DNA of 62,485 nucleotides, filler included, from Bonamia ostreae (Eukaryota): NCBI GenBank assembly GCA_040357525.1. It is 35 parts of 35 records of this genome, joined end to end, with 100 filler letters (N's around TTAATTAATTAA, not from the genome) between each part and the next. Parts side by side here need not be neighbours in the genome. Positions count along the whole stretch, not along the records: positions 10,799 to 12,494 come from JBDODL010001433.1; positions 12,595 to 14,290 come from JBDODL010001434.1; positions 14,391 to 16,086 come from JBDODL010001435.1; positions 16,187 to 17,881 come from JBDODL010001436.1; positions 17,982 to 19,676 come from JBDODL010001437.1; positions 19,777 to 21,471 come from JBDODL010001438.1; positions 21,572 to 23,266 come from JBDODL010001439.1; positions 23,367 to 25,060 come from JBDODL010001440.1; 27 more parts are not named here. One strand, 5' to 3'. Shown piece by piece: positions 12,401 to 23,494 of this stretch (position 1 is its first letter; each line of letters starts with the position of its first letter). The notes under the pieces were generated by a model. It saw only the letters and a program-made list of their open reading frames with translations, ran no database searches and was not told where the DNA came from. The position numbers and the translations under genes were made by a program.

Positions 12401-12940
12401 TGCGATGGCGCTTTTTCGCAGAAAAAAGATTTTAATATTGTTTTTTGACGATTTGTTGTTATCTTTATAAAAAATAAATTGTAGTTTTGATTTGNNNNNN
12501 NNNNNNNNNNNNNNNNNNNNNNNNNNNNNNNNNNNNNNTTAATTAATTAANNNNNNNNNNNNNNNNNNNNNNNNNNNNNNNNNNNNNNNNNNNNCATTTT
12601 AACCATTTATAGATAAGATTTAAATTAATCTGTCTCTGTTAACCCAAATTTTATTTATCGTTGATTTCGAGACGGAATATTTTTCTGCCAATTTTTGAAA
12701 CAATATAAAATATTTAATGTCGATTTTTCAAAATATTGATAAAAATTGTTTGTAATGCTTCAGACAATAATTTTTTAAGACAATATCAAATTTTGTAAGC
12801 GCAGTTGAACAAAAGAATTTTTGGGCAGAAAAAGTATTTTTAACTGTTCGCAGTTAAATTCGAAAATTTCCGATTTTGATGATATTAATTATTACTCGAA
12901 TTAAAATAAACAAAAATTACAAAAGTTTAATATTGACAGA

Positions 12941-14290
12941 ATGATTCAGGTCCATCAAATTGCTGTTCATTTAGGTCGACTCTACAACATAAATTTATTC
13001 CAAAATGGGTTTTTTGCAATTTCAAAAACGAATTTTTAAAATTAATCCAAAATTGCAAATATTGCCAAATAAGAAAATATTACTTTAAAATCAAATTGTC
13101 TCCCGCGTTCAAGAGCCAAAAAGGCAAATTCTTTATAAAGCCGCTCAAAATCATTTCCTGCTTGAAAAACCAATTTAAAACAAACAACAATAAAAAAGAG
13201 CCGTTTAATGGTACAATTGAAGACGATTTTTACATTTCGAAAATATATTCGTCGACAAATCGCCCCGAAAACATTAACGAAATTTGCTTTTTTTGTTTAA
13301 AAATCAAATCGCTTTCTAACGAATTAACTGATTTCGAAAGAAAATTTGTTGTGGCTATCGAACTGTTTCGTTTGGATTATTACAAGTTTAAATTTTTTAC
13401 CGCGAAAAAAAGAAATAAGAAAGTAAAAGTGCTTTTAGCAAAAAACACTTTTAGCAAATTTAATCTATCAGATAATTTGTGCACTTTTTTTGCTCCAGTT
13501 TTGTCTAACGACGAAAATTTTTGTGCGTTAGAAATTGGAATTTATTCTGTTCTGGTCAAAACGGTTTTTATTGAATATTCGATATTCGTTCGTTATAATG
13601 AAGAATAAATAATCGTTATTTTTGCGTAAAAAAGTTGAATAACAAAAATTCGGAAGGTAATATGAAATCCATTAACCGTTATTTTGAAAGAGCAACAGTT
13701 TTTTTATTAATGAAATTTTTTAATTGTTATTAGAGCAAAAACGGAGACAACACAATTTTAAAAGACGAACAAATTTTGAGCGACAACTTCATTTTTGAAG
13801 ATTTTGATATCAGAAAAGAAGTTTATTATGCAAAAACAATAAAAAGATTGAAGAGATAGAAGATCGATGGAAAGAACTTTTGAAAAGCGATTCTGAAAAA
13901 ATATTGTCTTTTTCTTTAAAATTGTTTCAAATTTTTAATAAAGTTGGAGAGAAAAGGAAAATTTGAATATTTTCGTTGATACACAAATCATTGAATATAA
14001 CTTTAGATTAGACAAAATTCCAATGTTTTGTTACCATTATAAAAAGCAAAGATTCAAATCAATTTAAAAAAATGACAATTTTTCAACAACAAATCTTTTT
14101 GTTTTATTATGACAAAATTGAAAAATAAAAATTTTGTACTCGAAAATTTTTAATTATACAATGGAAAAAGAAATATTATAAAATTAAATCAAAATAATAG
14201 ACCGATAAAAAGCGAAATAATAAATTTTGATGATGAAAAAACAAATCGCCATTTAATTATTTTTTGCCATGGTTATCAAGGCGATGCAGA
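12941..14290 (+). CDS. FAM135: FAM135-like protein (N-terminal domain to start of DUF676 lipase-like domain), 3'-partial
   Basis: IAVHLGRLYNINLFQNG|KYYFKIKL matches the FAM135 N-terminus. The contig ends in RHLIIFCHGYQGDA (DUF676 start). Confidence 0.8.
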
Positions 14291-14406
14291 NNNNNNNNNN
14301 NNNNNNNNNNNNNNNNNNNNNNNNNNNNNNNNNNTTAATTAATTAANNNNNNNNNNNNNNNNNNNNNNNNNNNNNNNNNNNNNNNNNNNNATCGGCAAAT
14401 TCCGAT

Positions 14407-14884
14407 TTAATCTTTTTCAAACACCAAAACCTCGAATTCACTGCTAAAACTCGCCATTCCGTTATAAAACCGACACTTCAACGCACTGTTTTCTCGCTCA
14501 TCGCCAATGTCACCCGGACACACTTCTCCGACGAAAAACCTGTCGTCCTTGAACACTCTCGCCGGAAATGTTACTTTGTTCATATCGCCTCCTCCGACGA
14601 TGATCGCGTTGTCGGGGATGTCCGCGTTAGGAACTGACTGCCATTTGAACTGATTTCCACAAAGAACTTGGAAGTCGTTTGTGATCAGTTGGAATTCGCG
14701 CCAACAGAAAAAGGATTCGGAAGTTTTGTCGTAATTCGAGTGGCCGCAACGAAAGTCGTTTTTGAAGGAAGAACGTGTGATGACGAGATTTTTTGGGTCG
14801 AATTTTTTGGTCGGTTCTGAAATTTGCTGTTTTTTGGGGATTTTTGTGGCGTTGCCTTTAAAATTTTTTGTTGTCCAAAATTTG
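14407..14884 (-). CDS. Terminal exon encoding two tandem DM9 (DUF3421) repeats; not in the ORF track
   Basis: After an AATTAG acceptor: FWTTKNFKGNATKIPK...LVITRSSFKNDFRCG...FCWREFQLITNDFQVLC GNQFKWQSVPNADIPDNAIIVGGG...FPARVFKDDRFFVGEV...SSEFEVLVFEKD*. Confidence 0.78.
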
Positions 14885-14894
14885 CTAATTTTGT

Positions 14895-15235
14895 TATTTC
14901 GAAATTATTTTAAAGCGACTTTTTTTATAATTATTTTCTATTTTTGTTAACATTATTTTATTGCAAATTTTATTGTAATTTTTTCTAATTTTTCGAAATT
15001 ATTTTAATGTAAATTTTTGCAATTATTTTAAAATGACTTTTTTTGTAATTATTTTCTATTTTTGTTAACATTATTTTATTGCAAATTTTATTGTAATTTT
15101 TTCTAATTTCTCGAAATTATTTTAATGTAAATTTTTGCAATTATTTTAAAACGACTTTTTTGTAATTATTTTCTATTTTATTAACATTATTTTATAGCAA
15201 ATTATTTTCTCGAAATTATTTTAGAGCGATTTTTT
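14895..15235. repeat. Intronic tandem repeat, about 118-nt unit, about 2.5 copies
   Basis: ATTATTTTAAA..GACTTTTTT recurs near 14906, 15022 and 15140 with collinear flanks. Confidence 0.8.
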
Positions 15236-15329
15236 TGCAATTTTTAGCGATATTTTAATGTAATTTTAACATTATTTAAATACGATTTGTTAAAATATAA
15301 AAATTTTAATGAAAAATTTTAACATGATT

Positions 15330-16028
15330 TCTTTTCGTTTTCACACAAATTTTCACAGTTTGGTAAATTTGAAAAGCTGAAAACATTTTCGGGAAATTTT
15401 CCCGATTTCGCGCAAATCAGTCTCCAAGACGCAACCGATTTGTCCTTTTTATAAGAAAATAATAAAATCCAACCAAGACAAATGAAGATTCTCCTTTTTT
15501 ATAAACGCGCACTTGATCAGAACCAAAAAAATGTGTGTTAAAAGACAATTTTAAATAATTTTGCACTTTCAAAAGTTTTTGTTCTTCGTTTTGTTCATTT
15601 AATAAAAGCTTTTTTGTTTTGTTTGGTTCGCTGTCAAATTTTTCGAATAAAAAGGATCTCGCTTTTCCAAATCTTATTTTCTCGTTTATCCAAACCAGTT
15701 CTTTCTTAGTCCTTTTTTCACAAAATCGCCAAAAATCGATTTTTTACTCAAAATTTCGCAAAATTTCAAAAACGCTGAAACAGAATCGATTTTTAAGAGC
15801 TCAAACCCCAATTCTTCCATTAACGAAACCCATTTTTCCTTTTCACTTTTGTTCACGCGATCCAGAAACTCCTTTTTGACCAACGACATTCTCTTTAGAA
15901 CTCCTTTCGACTTCAAAGCGTCTTCCAATCCAAAATTAAATGGATCGCAACGCATAAAAATTTCCGTTTCGTTCGGAACAGCCGAAATCACTCCATTTAA
16001 CGAAACAGAAGTAACGCAAATTTTGTCC
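15330..16028 (-). CDS. Upstream exons of a hypothetical protein, possibly the same gene as the DM9 exon
   Basis: Open exons DKICVTSVSLNG...LKIDS, TKKELVWINEK...GESSFVL and DKSVASWRLICAKSGKFPENVF. Splice phases are not fully resolved. Confidence 0.45.
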
Positions 16029-16203
16029 TAATTTTTCAAATTTTGGTCAATTTTGAAAAATTGATTTGCCCAAATTGCGAAAAATCNNNNNNNNNNNNNN
16101 NNNNNNNNNNNNNNNNNNNNNNNNNNNNNNTTAATTAATTAANNNNNNNNNNNNNNNNNNNNNNNNNNNNNNNNNNNNNNNNNNNNTTTTTTCTCTTAAA
16201 AAA

Positions 16204-17712
16204 TTATTCCAAATCATTTAATACAACTCGCTTCTTTTTCTCAACCGGCAATTCCTTCTTCAAACTTTTTATTCTCTCCAAAATATCATCGGAAACTGAA
16301 TTTTTCGATTCTGTGATTTTCTGCGCTTCCATTCTTTCAAATTTAGCTTTTTGAGCAGATTGCGTTTTTATCGTTTTTTCGACTTTAGCACCGACATCTT
16401 CAAGTTCATTTTTTTCTTCCATTCCTTTTTTAGCTTTTGCATTCTTCTGTTGTTCGATCTTCTTTTTTTCGTCTTCCAAATTCTTTTTTTCGATCTCCAA
16501 AATTCTCCTTTCTTCGATTTCATTTTTTCTTCTTTCCTCGATTTTGCGCTTTTCCAATTCGATTCTTTTCTTTTCTTCTTCAATTTGTTGTTTTTCCCTT
16601 TCAATTTCTTTTTCTGCCAAACTTTGTTTTGCATTGTTCTTCTCTTCGACTTTCCTTTCCAAACGCGCTGTTTTCTCCGATAACAAATCTTGTTTGTCAA
16701 ATTTTTCCGTTTCGTCGCGAATAGACATTTTGGTCAAGTTTTCATTTAATTTTGCGTCGAGCGCTCTTTTTTCGACGATCAGATCTTGTTCTGATTTTTC
16801 TGGTTGAACATTCGATTGGACTGATTGATTTTGCTGAGAGGGTTGGACTAATTGCGTTTGGTTTTGCATTTTGTTCGGTTGAATCGGTTTTTGTTGTTGT
16901 TGTTGTTGTTGGGCGAATATCAATTTTTGGTTGAAACGAAGATGCTCTTCCGCGACCAAATCGACTCGCATTAGCGGGTTCATGTCTGGTTTATTTGGTC
17001 GGATTGATCGTAGTTTTTTGTGTTGTAGAAATTGTGAATTCTTTATTTAAAAATTTCGTCAAAAAAAAGATTTAAATTTGGTCAAAAAATTTGTCGTCAA
17101 AAAAAGATTTAATATTTGGTCAAAAAAATTTGTCGTCAAAAAAATTTTTAATATTTGGCCAAAATAGCTGAAATATTTTTAATTGCGAATATTTTTCGAT
17201 TTTGAAGTCAATAACAAAAAATAATTTTTCTATGAAAAACTATTCGTCCAAGCGCTCTATGCGATAATTTTTCATCGACTGTAGATTCGCCAACAGACCG
17301 TTTTATTTTTTCATGGGATACAAAGTCATAATTTTTTCGCTATTAAATTAAAAATATAAATTTGGCAATTAAAACAAATAAAAGCTAAATTTTAACTTTT
17401 GGTAATTAAAAACGATATAATTTTTACTTTTCTTTTTATTTAACATGTTTTTCAAGTTCGAAAAATCGCCCGGACCAATTCCGATAAAAACAAAACTGAT
17501 CGGGAGACCCGACGCATTTTCTAATTCTCTGAATGTGTCTTCTGTGTCAAAGTTTGCCGATGTCGTCAATATGAAAGCGACGGTGTATTCGTTGGGAGAA
17601 GAGGAAGATTTGCTGTAACTAATGACATCACGGATGATTTCACTTATTCTTTTGCTTGGTCCCAAAGTTATTCTTTGTAAAGTGTCTTTGTAACAAGACA
17701 TTATCTCGTCTA
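16204..17712 (-). CDS. Copine-family vWA domain fused to a poly-Q and long Glu/Lys coiled-coil tail, 5'-partial
   Basis: ITLGPSKRISEII, YTVAFILT, ASGLPISFVFIGIGPGDFSNL, RKNYDFV. ALGRI|NSQFLQHKKLRSIRP splices (intron 17041-17240) in frame into ORF 16204-16983. Confidence 0.8.
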
Positions 17713-18046
17713 AGTGTGTACACTTTTTAATAAGAAATGTTATTATATCGATTTATTAAGATTGTTAGACACAGGATCTCAAATAATTTTAAAATATCGA
17801 AAAATGGCCCAAAAACAAATATTCAGCAAAAAACAAAAATTTACAAAACATATAAATACAATAATAAAAAAAAAAATACAANNNNNNNNNNNNNNNNNNN
17901 NNNNNNNNNNNNNNNNNNNNNNNNNTTAATTAATTAANNNNNNNNNNNNNNNNNNNNNNNNNNNNNNNNNNNNNNNNNNNNTTTAGCATTTTGACCATTT
18001 CTAGATAAGATTTATTGGACGTTGTTAAAATAATGAAAACTCAATT

Positions 18047-19569
18047 TCATTTATTTTCTTCAAGCAACTCAACTTTAAAGTTAATGCCCCCAAAATTCCT
18101 TCTTGTCGAAAGTCTTTTTGCTCGCAAAAAAGCACTTTTGTTTTCTTTGTCGGCTTCTAACAAACTTAATTCAGACTGGAAACCGTTTCTTTTTCGTCGT
18201 CTTGTTTTCAATTTGATTTCTTTCTTAATCTCCACAGTTTCCGTTTTTGACATTTTTATTGTGACCGAGTTGTCCGATGAGACCTTTTCTGAAATTTATC
18301 AACGAAACCAAAATAATCTGTCAATTTGTTGGAAATCTCGACCAACACTTTTCTTTTTGGTTTGGCGCGAACCGGCGTTCCGGCATTAGAACAAATCTGC
18401 TGAGCCTTTTCAAATGGCTCGAGCGTCATTGGATCTAGATCGCCTCTCATAACCCCGGCGACGTCCTCTTTTCGAAACAGTCTAAAGTCAAAAAATAAAC
18501 TCCCCCAAAAAGGTCAGCTCTTTCTTAAACAGATATGAAGGGATTTCCCTCAAATTAGTTTGGTCTCTTTTGCTCGGATCGAAGACCAATTGATGTCTGA
18601 AAGTCAAAACTGCTCTCTCGGCACGTTGTTCGTACCTGTCCGGCACGTCATATTTGCCCTCGTGGCGCAAATGCCGCACGGCTTTCTCCAGGTTCCGGTA
18701 ATGGTGAATCAAATTATAAGCTTTTTTCAGCCCTATCCGCGGTATCGACGGCAAGTAGTCACACCCGGAGAGGACGCACATCTCCTGTAGCATCCGCTGT
18801 GTCCAATTCCCGAAACTAAAATTAGATAAAAACTTTACGCTGGAAACTTGGCCAAGGTCTTCCAGTCTAATTTCCGTTCCGTTTCCAGCGGAGTCCTTTA
18901 TGATCAAATTGAGTTGTAAAGAACCATTTTGAACAAGACTGCTTTGCACCCGAAAACAAGCAAATCGGAGTCTTCAGTAATGACGCAACTAACCTTGTCC
19001 GTGATGGACAGATATGCAAGTTGGGCATCGGCTTCATATGGCGCAACGATGCACTCGACGTTCAATTTGCGCAGTTCCTTTTTTCTCAAATTCAAAACTG
19101 TAATAAGTTGGTGGGCCATCTCCGGTTTCACGTCTACAGCGCGTTGGAAGTACTTCGTCGCTTCCTTGATGTTGCCTTTCCCCAAAAATCGCATTCCCTT
19201 TTCTTTGTTTTCCCGCCGTTTTCTTGATGTTGTTTAGAAAACTTTCTTCTTTCTCTTTCCTCGTCCGCTTTTTGTTCCAATCTGGCGCCGTCGAAGACCA
19301 TCACGGGCGTGACCCCCAACGCGAGCAGTTTCTTTACTCTGTTAACGCAATAGACGATGTGTTTTGTGGTTGGTCTTCAAAGGGTTTCGGTTTTGAAAAC
19401 CTCCCGAGAACTAGTTCGTAGCTGCAAGAAAAAACAGCTTTGTGGAGCCAGCAATAAGTGTCGACGGCAACCTTCTGTCCTTTGTACTTGTCGATATTGA
19501 TTTCGTCGTAAATATTTTTCTTAAGATTACAAAAATTACAAGTAGAGGTAGTAATCCCTTTATCCCCAT
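18047..19569 (-). CDS. EXO1: Exonuclease 1 (XPG/RAD2 family), complete, 7-8 tiny introns
   Basis: MGIKGLLPLL|KNI..KVAVDTYCWLHK, VMVFDG, VAPYEADAQLAYL, ITEDSDLLVFG, LSGCDYLPSIPRIGLKKA, TFRHQLVFDP. Introns 19520-19539, 19375-19400, 19223-19242, 19078-19098, 18896-18924, (18816-18833), 18482-18500, 18289-18308. Confidence 0.96.
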
Positions 19570-19776
19570 TTAATGCCAATCTAACGTTTTTGGCTTAATT
19601 AAAAATTTATAAAAATCTTATTGTAATTCAAAACAATGAAAAAATAGACGGCAACTCCAATAAATCTTATCTAGAANNNNNNNNNNNNNNNNNNNNNNNN
19701 NNNNNNNNNNNNNNNNNNNNTTAATTAATTAANNNNNNNNNNNNNNNNNNNNNNNNNNNNNNNNNNNNNNNNNNNN

Positions 19777-20776
19777 CACAAATTCTTTGTTTTCTTCCTT
19801 TGACAGAAATTCTTCGCTTCAAAAAGGTCGAAGGAATGAAGGAAGCTGTTTTTCACGCGCTCAAGATTTACCCATCGATCGATCGCCTTGATTACGTTCC
19901 CTTTATAAAGAAAAGAATATTTGGTCTTATTGATCAACATTGTCTAAATATTAAAAGGATAAATTTTAGTTTAAAAAATATCGATGATGTTTTATATGCG
20001 GATGAAGTTTTTATTCCAAAAATTTTTTGTTACCAGTTAAAATAGCTTTTTCTAATCTTTTGTTACACTTATTACAAATCGTTGTTATGCCAAAAGGACA
20101 TTAACTTCCTAGTAAGACTAATAAACAGATCACCAAAAATAAGATCAATTTCTAAAATACCCGCTTCCGTAATCTGCAGAACATCTCAGAACCCGCTTTA
20201 TCACTTAAAAGAACTTTGCGTGAGAGTCAGCAACAAAAGAGCCCTCAAATTGATTTCCCAGAAATGCCCAAATTTGACCAGAATCGAAATTTGTGCAACA
20301 GACTACAACAAATACAATTCGTTAGAACCTATTTTACTGCAATGCAGAAATTTGACGTCGATCAAATTACACCACATCCGTTTGAAGAAAACTTCCTTTT
20401 CGTTGTTGCCGATTCAGATTAAAGAGTTGCAGTTTTACGATTCTGAAATGGACGACAACGATTGCAAGTTTTGATTATTTTGATTTTAAATTGATTGTCC
20501 AAACTTTAAAATTTTAGAAAGATGACGAGATTCAAAAAATTGGAAAATTTGGCGATAAGCGGAAAGGATGTGACAGAAATAGGTTTGAGAAGGATAGCGA
20601 AAAGTTTGAAAGGGCTAAAACATTTAGACATTGCTGAAACGACTTTAAATCCGTCTGTTTGCATATTTTTATCCGAATGTTTGCCGTTGTTGAAGAAACT
20701 GGTTGTGAATCCAGCGAAAGAGGGGAGATTTCGAACTGAGATTGACCGAATCGGAGGAAGTTTTATTGAAAATTAA
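19777..20776 (+). CDS. F-box/leucine-rich-repeat protein, 5'-partial, multi-exon
   Basis: QILCFLPLTEILRFKKV (F-box-like). LRR units CPNLTRIEI, CRNLTSIKL, KKLENLAISGKDVTEIGL, LKGLKHLDI. Confidence 0.75.
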
Positions 20777-20993
20777 AACTGTGTTTTATAAAATTTGAAT
20801 TGGACATGCAACTTTTTTAATACAAAAAATTTTTGTATTAAAATTTAAGGACATTTTCGATGAAACGAATTAAAATACAAAATTCGATAAATACAAAAAT
20901 ATCCAATTACTGTACATTAAAAGAGAAAATTCAAAATTAACAATAATCCATTAATTCAAAAATTTGTATTAGAAAAATATTATAAATTCGAAA

Positions 20994-21454
20994 ATGGTCA
21001 GTGAAAGCGATCTTAAAAAACTAGAATCATGTGACGCAGCCAAATTATCCGCCATTCGCCAAAATCACGTCAACGTTAACTTGCAAAAATTTAGGAAATC
21101 AATCGGTTGGCCGAAATCAGCCAAAGTTTGGCCAATTACAATCGACAATATTTGCGTTCGAAGGTTTTAGTCGACGCAGTGAAAAAGACATCAAGTGAAG
21201 AAACCAAAGAGAAAACTTTTATTCCTTTAACAAGTGCAGTTTTTGTGAGGGGCGAATATGAATCGCCGTCAAATTTTATTGTCGACGTCGGCGCAAATTA
21301 TCTTTTGGAGAGGGGTTACGAAGCGACAACAGATTATTTGGAACGGAGCCTTCAATATTGTCGGCAGAGCCTTGAGCGAACGAATAGAGCGATAAAAGAA
21401 AACAATGATATCTTGAAAGCTATTGAAGATATTGCCGCCAATAAAGAAAAGTAA
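20994..21454 (+). CDS. PFDN5: Prefoldin alpha subunit (PFDN5-like), complete
   Basis: Exon 20994-21074 plus 20-nt intron 21075-21094. TFIPLTSAVFVRGE...FIVDVGANYLLE beta-hairpins between coiled coils. Confidence 0.85.
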
Positions 21455-21572
21455 ATTTTTTAACCAGAAAANNNNNNNNNNNNNNNNNNNNNNNNNNNNN
21501 NNNNNNNNNNNNNNNTTAATTAATTAANNNNNNNNNNNNNNNNNNNNNNNNNNNNNNNNNNNNNNNNNNNNG

Positions 21573-21812
21573 GAAAATTTTTCAACAGATAATTTGCCAT
21601 TGGAGATTAGATTGATATCATCCCCTAGATATTCAATAATATCTTTCGCAAAAGACCCCGATGCTGCGATAAAAAATGTAGAAAATGCTATAATGTCAAT
21701 TCAAGATAAAATTAAGTTACTCGGCGGTAGCTTAATTGTAACTGAATCGGCAAATATTGAGGACGAAATAGTTGAAACAGATAACGATGAGGACTATGAA
21801 GACATAGATTAA
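21573..21812 (+). CDS. EIF2S1: Translation initiation factor eIF2-alpha, C-terminal fragment
   Basis: PLEIRLISSPRYSI...AIMSIQDKIKLLGGSLIV followed by an acidic tail. Confidence 0.72.
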   Translation, partial: ENFSTDNLPLEIRLISSPRYSIISFAKDPDAAIKNVENAIMSIQDKIKLLGGSLIVTESANIEDEIVETDNDEDYEDID

Positions 21813-22559
21813 AACAAATTCTGTAGATTTAGTCTTAATTAAAAAATTTTTATTATCAGAAACGCAATCATTACTCCCGTTTGTCTCATAATCAACTTCA
21901 TTTGTTTTAAAATTTAATATATCCCTTTTAAGGATACATGTCTTCAGTGAATTACTGACGATATTAAAAATTCATTGAATGATAGAACAAATTTAAATAT
22001 TAAATTTTCTCTTATAAAGGTTTTCGCTGATCACTAATTTTAATTTATATATTCCACCGCAATAGTAATTCGCTTTAATAATGCCTTAAAAAAGAGATGC
22101 GGAAAGCCAACAATAAATATAAGATGCAAATCATTCTTCTTCAAATCAAAGTTGCCCTTGGATAAGATATATGTATTTTATTATAACATTTTCAATTAAN
22201 NNNNNNNNNCTCAATTAACATTGCTACTGGTAGTGGCGGATTGGGGGGGGGGGGGGGATTGTTAACTTTTAGCATGGATTCAAATAAGAGGCGGGGTTTT
22301 CAACATTTTTTTTAAAAAATAATTATAGTTTTCGATATATTATAACTCTAATGGCGCATCAATTTAAAATGGCTTAAAAAGGGCTATAGTTAAAAGTTAA
22401 GGCTTTAAAATTTATTTACAGAATTCTAAAAATATTTAGAATTTTAAATTCGTAAATATTTAGTTACGAGTTCAAGTTTTTTGTTTTTCAAAATTATTTC
22501 TTGAGAATAGTTTTAATACAAAAATGATATAGAGGTAAAAATCATCAGAATTAAATATA

Positions 22560-23266
22560 GGAAACATCTAAATATTAAGAAATATTGGGCCAAAACACTA
22601 CAGAATCTTAGAAAAATTTAAAAACCCTATACTACTAGAAGGAGATTTCAACGCTCATCATCCAAACTGGAGCTAAGGGGAAAAGAATAGAGACGAAGAT
22701 ATATTAATAAAATAAAGTTAATTACATAAGTTGACTTTCCTTCTAAAAGCAAAGCAGCACACCCAATTCGCTTTTTTATCGTCGATCGACGCATCACCTT
22801 AAGATAAAGTTCTAAGTGTAGCACGGCAACCAACAGGTTCCCAAGTGCTGGTCGGCTCAGTGCGTTTCAAGTATTGTTAAAACCCTGATTAGACCAATAC
22901 TAAAGTATAGAAATGTAATATGGTCAGGAGTTAAAACATATTTAAAGAAAATATATACGATAGAAACAACATCTACTAAAGTAGCTCTGAGAGTGAATAG
23001 ATCAGTAAAGAACATAGAATGTATTAAAGAAACAGGGTTAGTAACAGTGATATAGAGAAGAGAAGCAAGTATGATAAAAACTTTCAAAAGAAAGACAATT
23101 CTTTTTGAATACTACTTGAAAATACATAAGAAAAGAACCGCATTTGCCTAGAAAGCGGGAAAATAATAGAAAATTTGGATTTACAGCTTAAACAATTGGA
23201 TTGGTCTCTAATAAGATAAACAAGGTTTTATTTAAATGGTGGAAGATATTCGCGGAAAAGGAAAAG
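22560..23266 (+). mobile_element. Degenerate non-LTR retrotransposon (APE endonuclease region)
   Basis: ILLEGDFNAHHPNWS at about 22629-22673, followed by stop- and frameshift-broken K/R-rich coding remnants. Confidence 0.7.
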
Positions 23267-23494
23267 NNNNNNNNNNNNNNNNNNNNNNNNNNNNNNNNNN
23301 NNNNNNNNNNTTAATTAATTAANNNNNNNNNNNNNNNNNNNNNNNNNNNNNNNNNNNNNNNNNNNNACGTTTACTAAATATATTGTAGATTCAAAACACA
23401 ACAAAATAAACCATCTTTAATTTTAATTTTGATAATTCCATATAAAAACACTACAAAATCCAATTAAACATTACAGACACTGCGCTCGTTTTTA

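Noticed and set aside
16351-16934. Phe-rich + strand ORFs as membrane proteins
   Set aside because: Antisense shadows of the E/K-rich coiled-coil exon. The same applies to + strand ORFs at 41284-42525.
18047-19569. Stop-codon reassignment or programmed frameshifting to explain broken ORFs
   Set aside because: Each break I examined is resolved by a short GT-AG intron, and genes end in TAA (EXO1, GMD), TAG (TPT1) or TGA (ENT) under the standard code.
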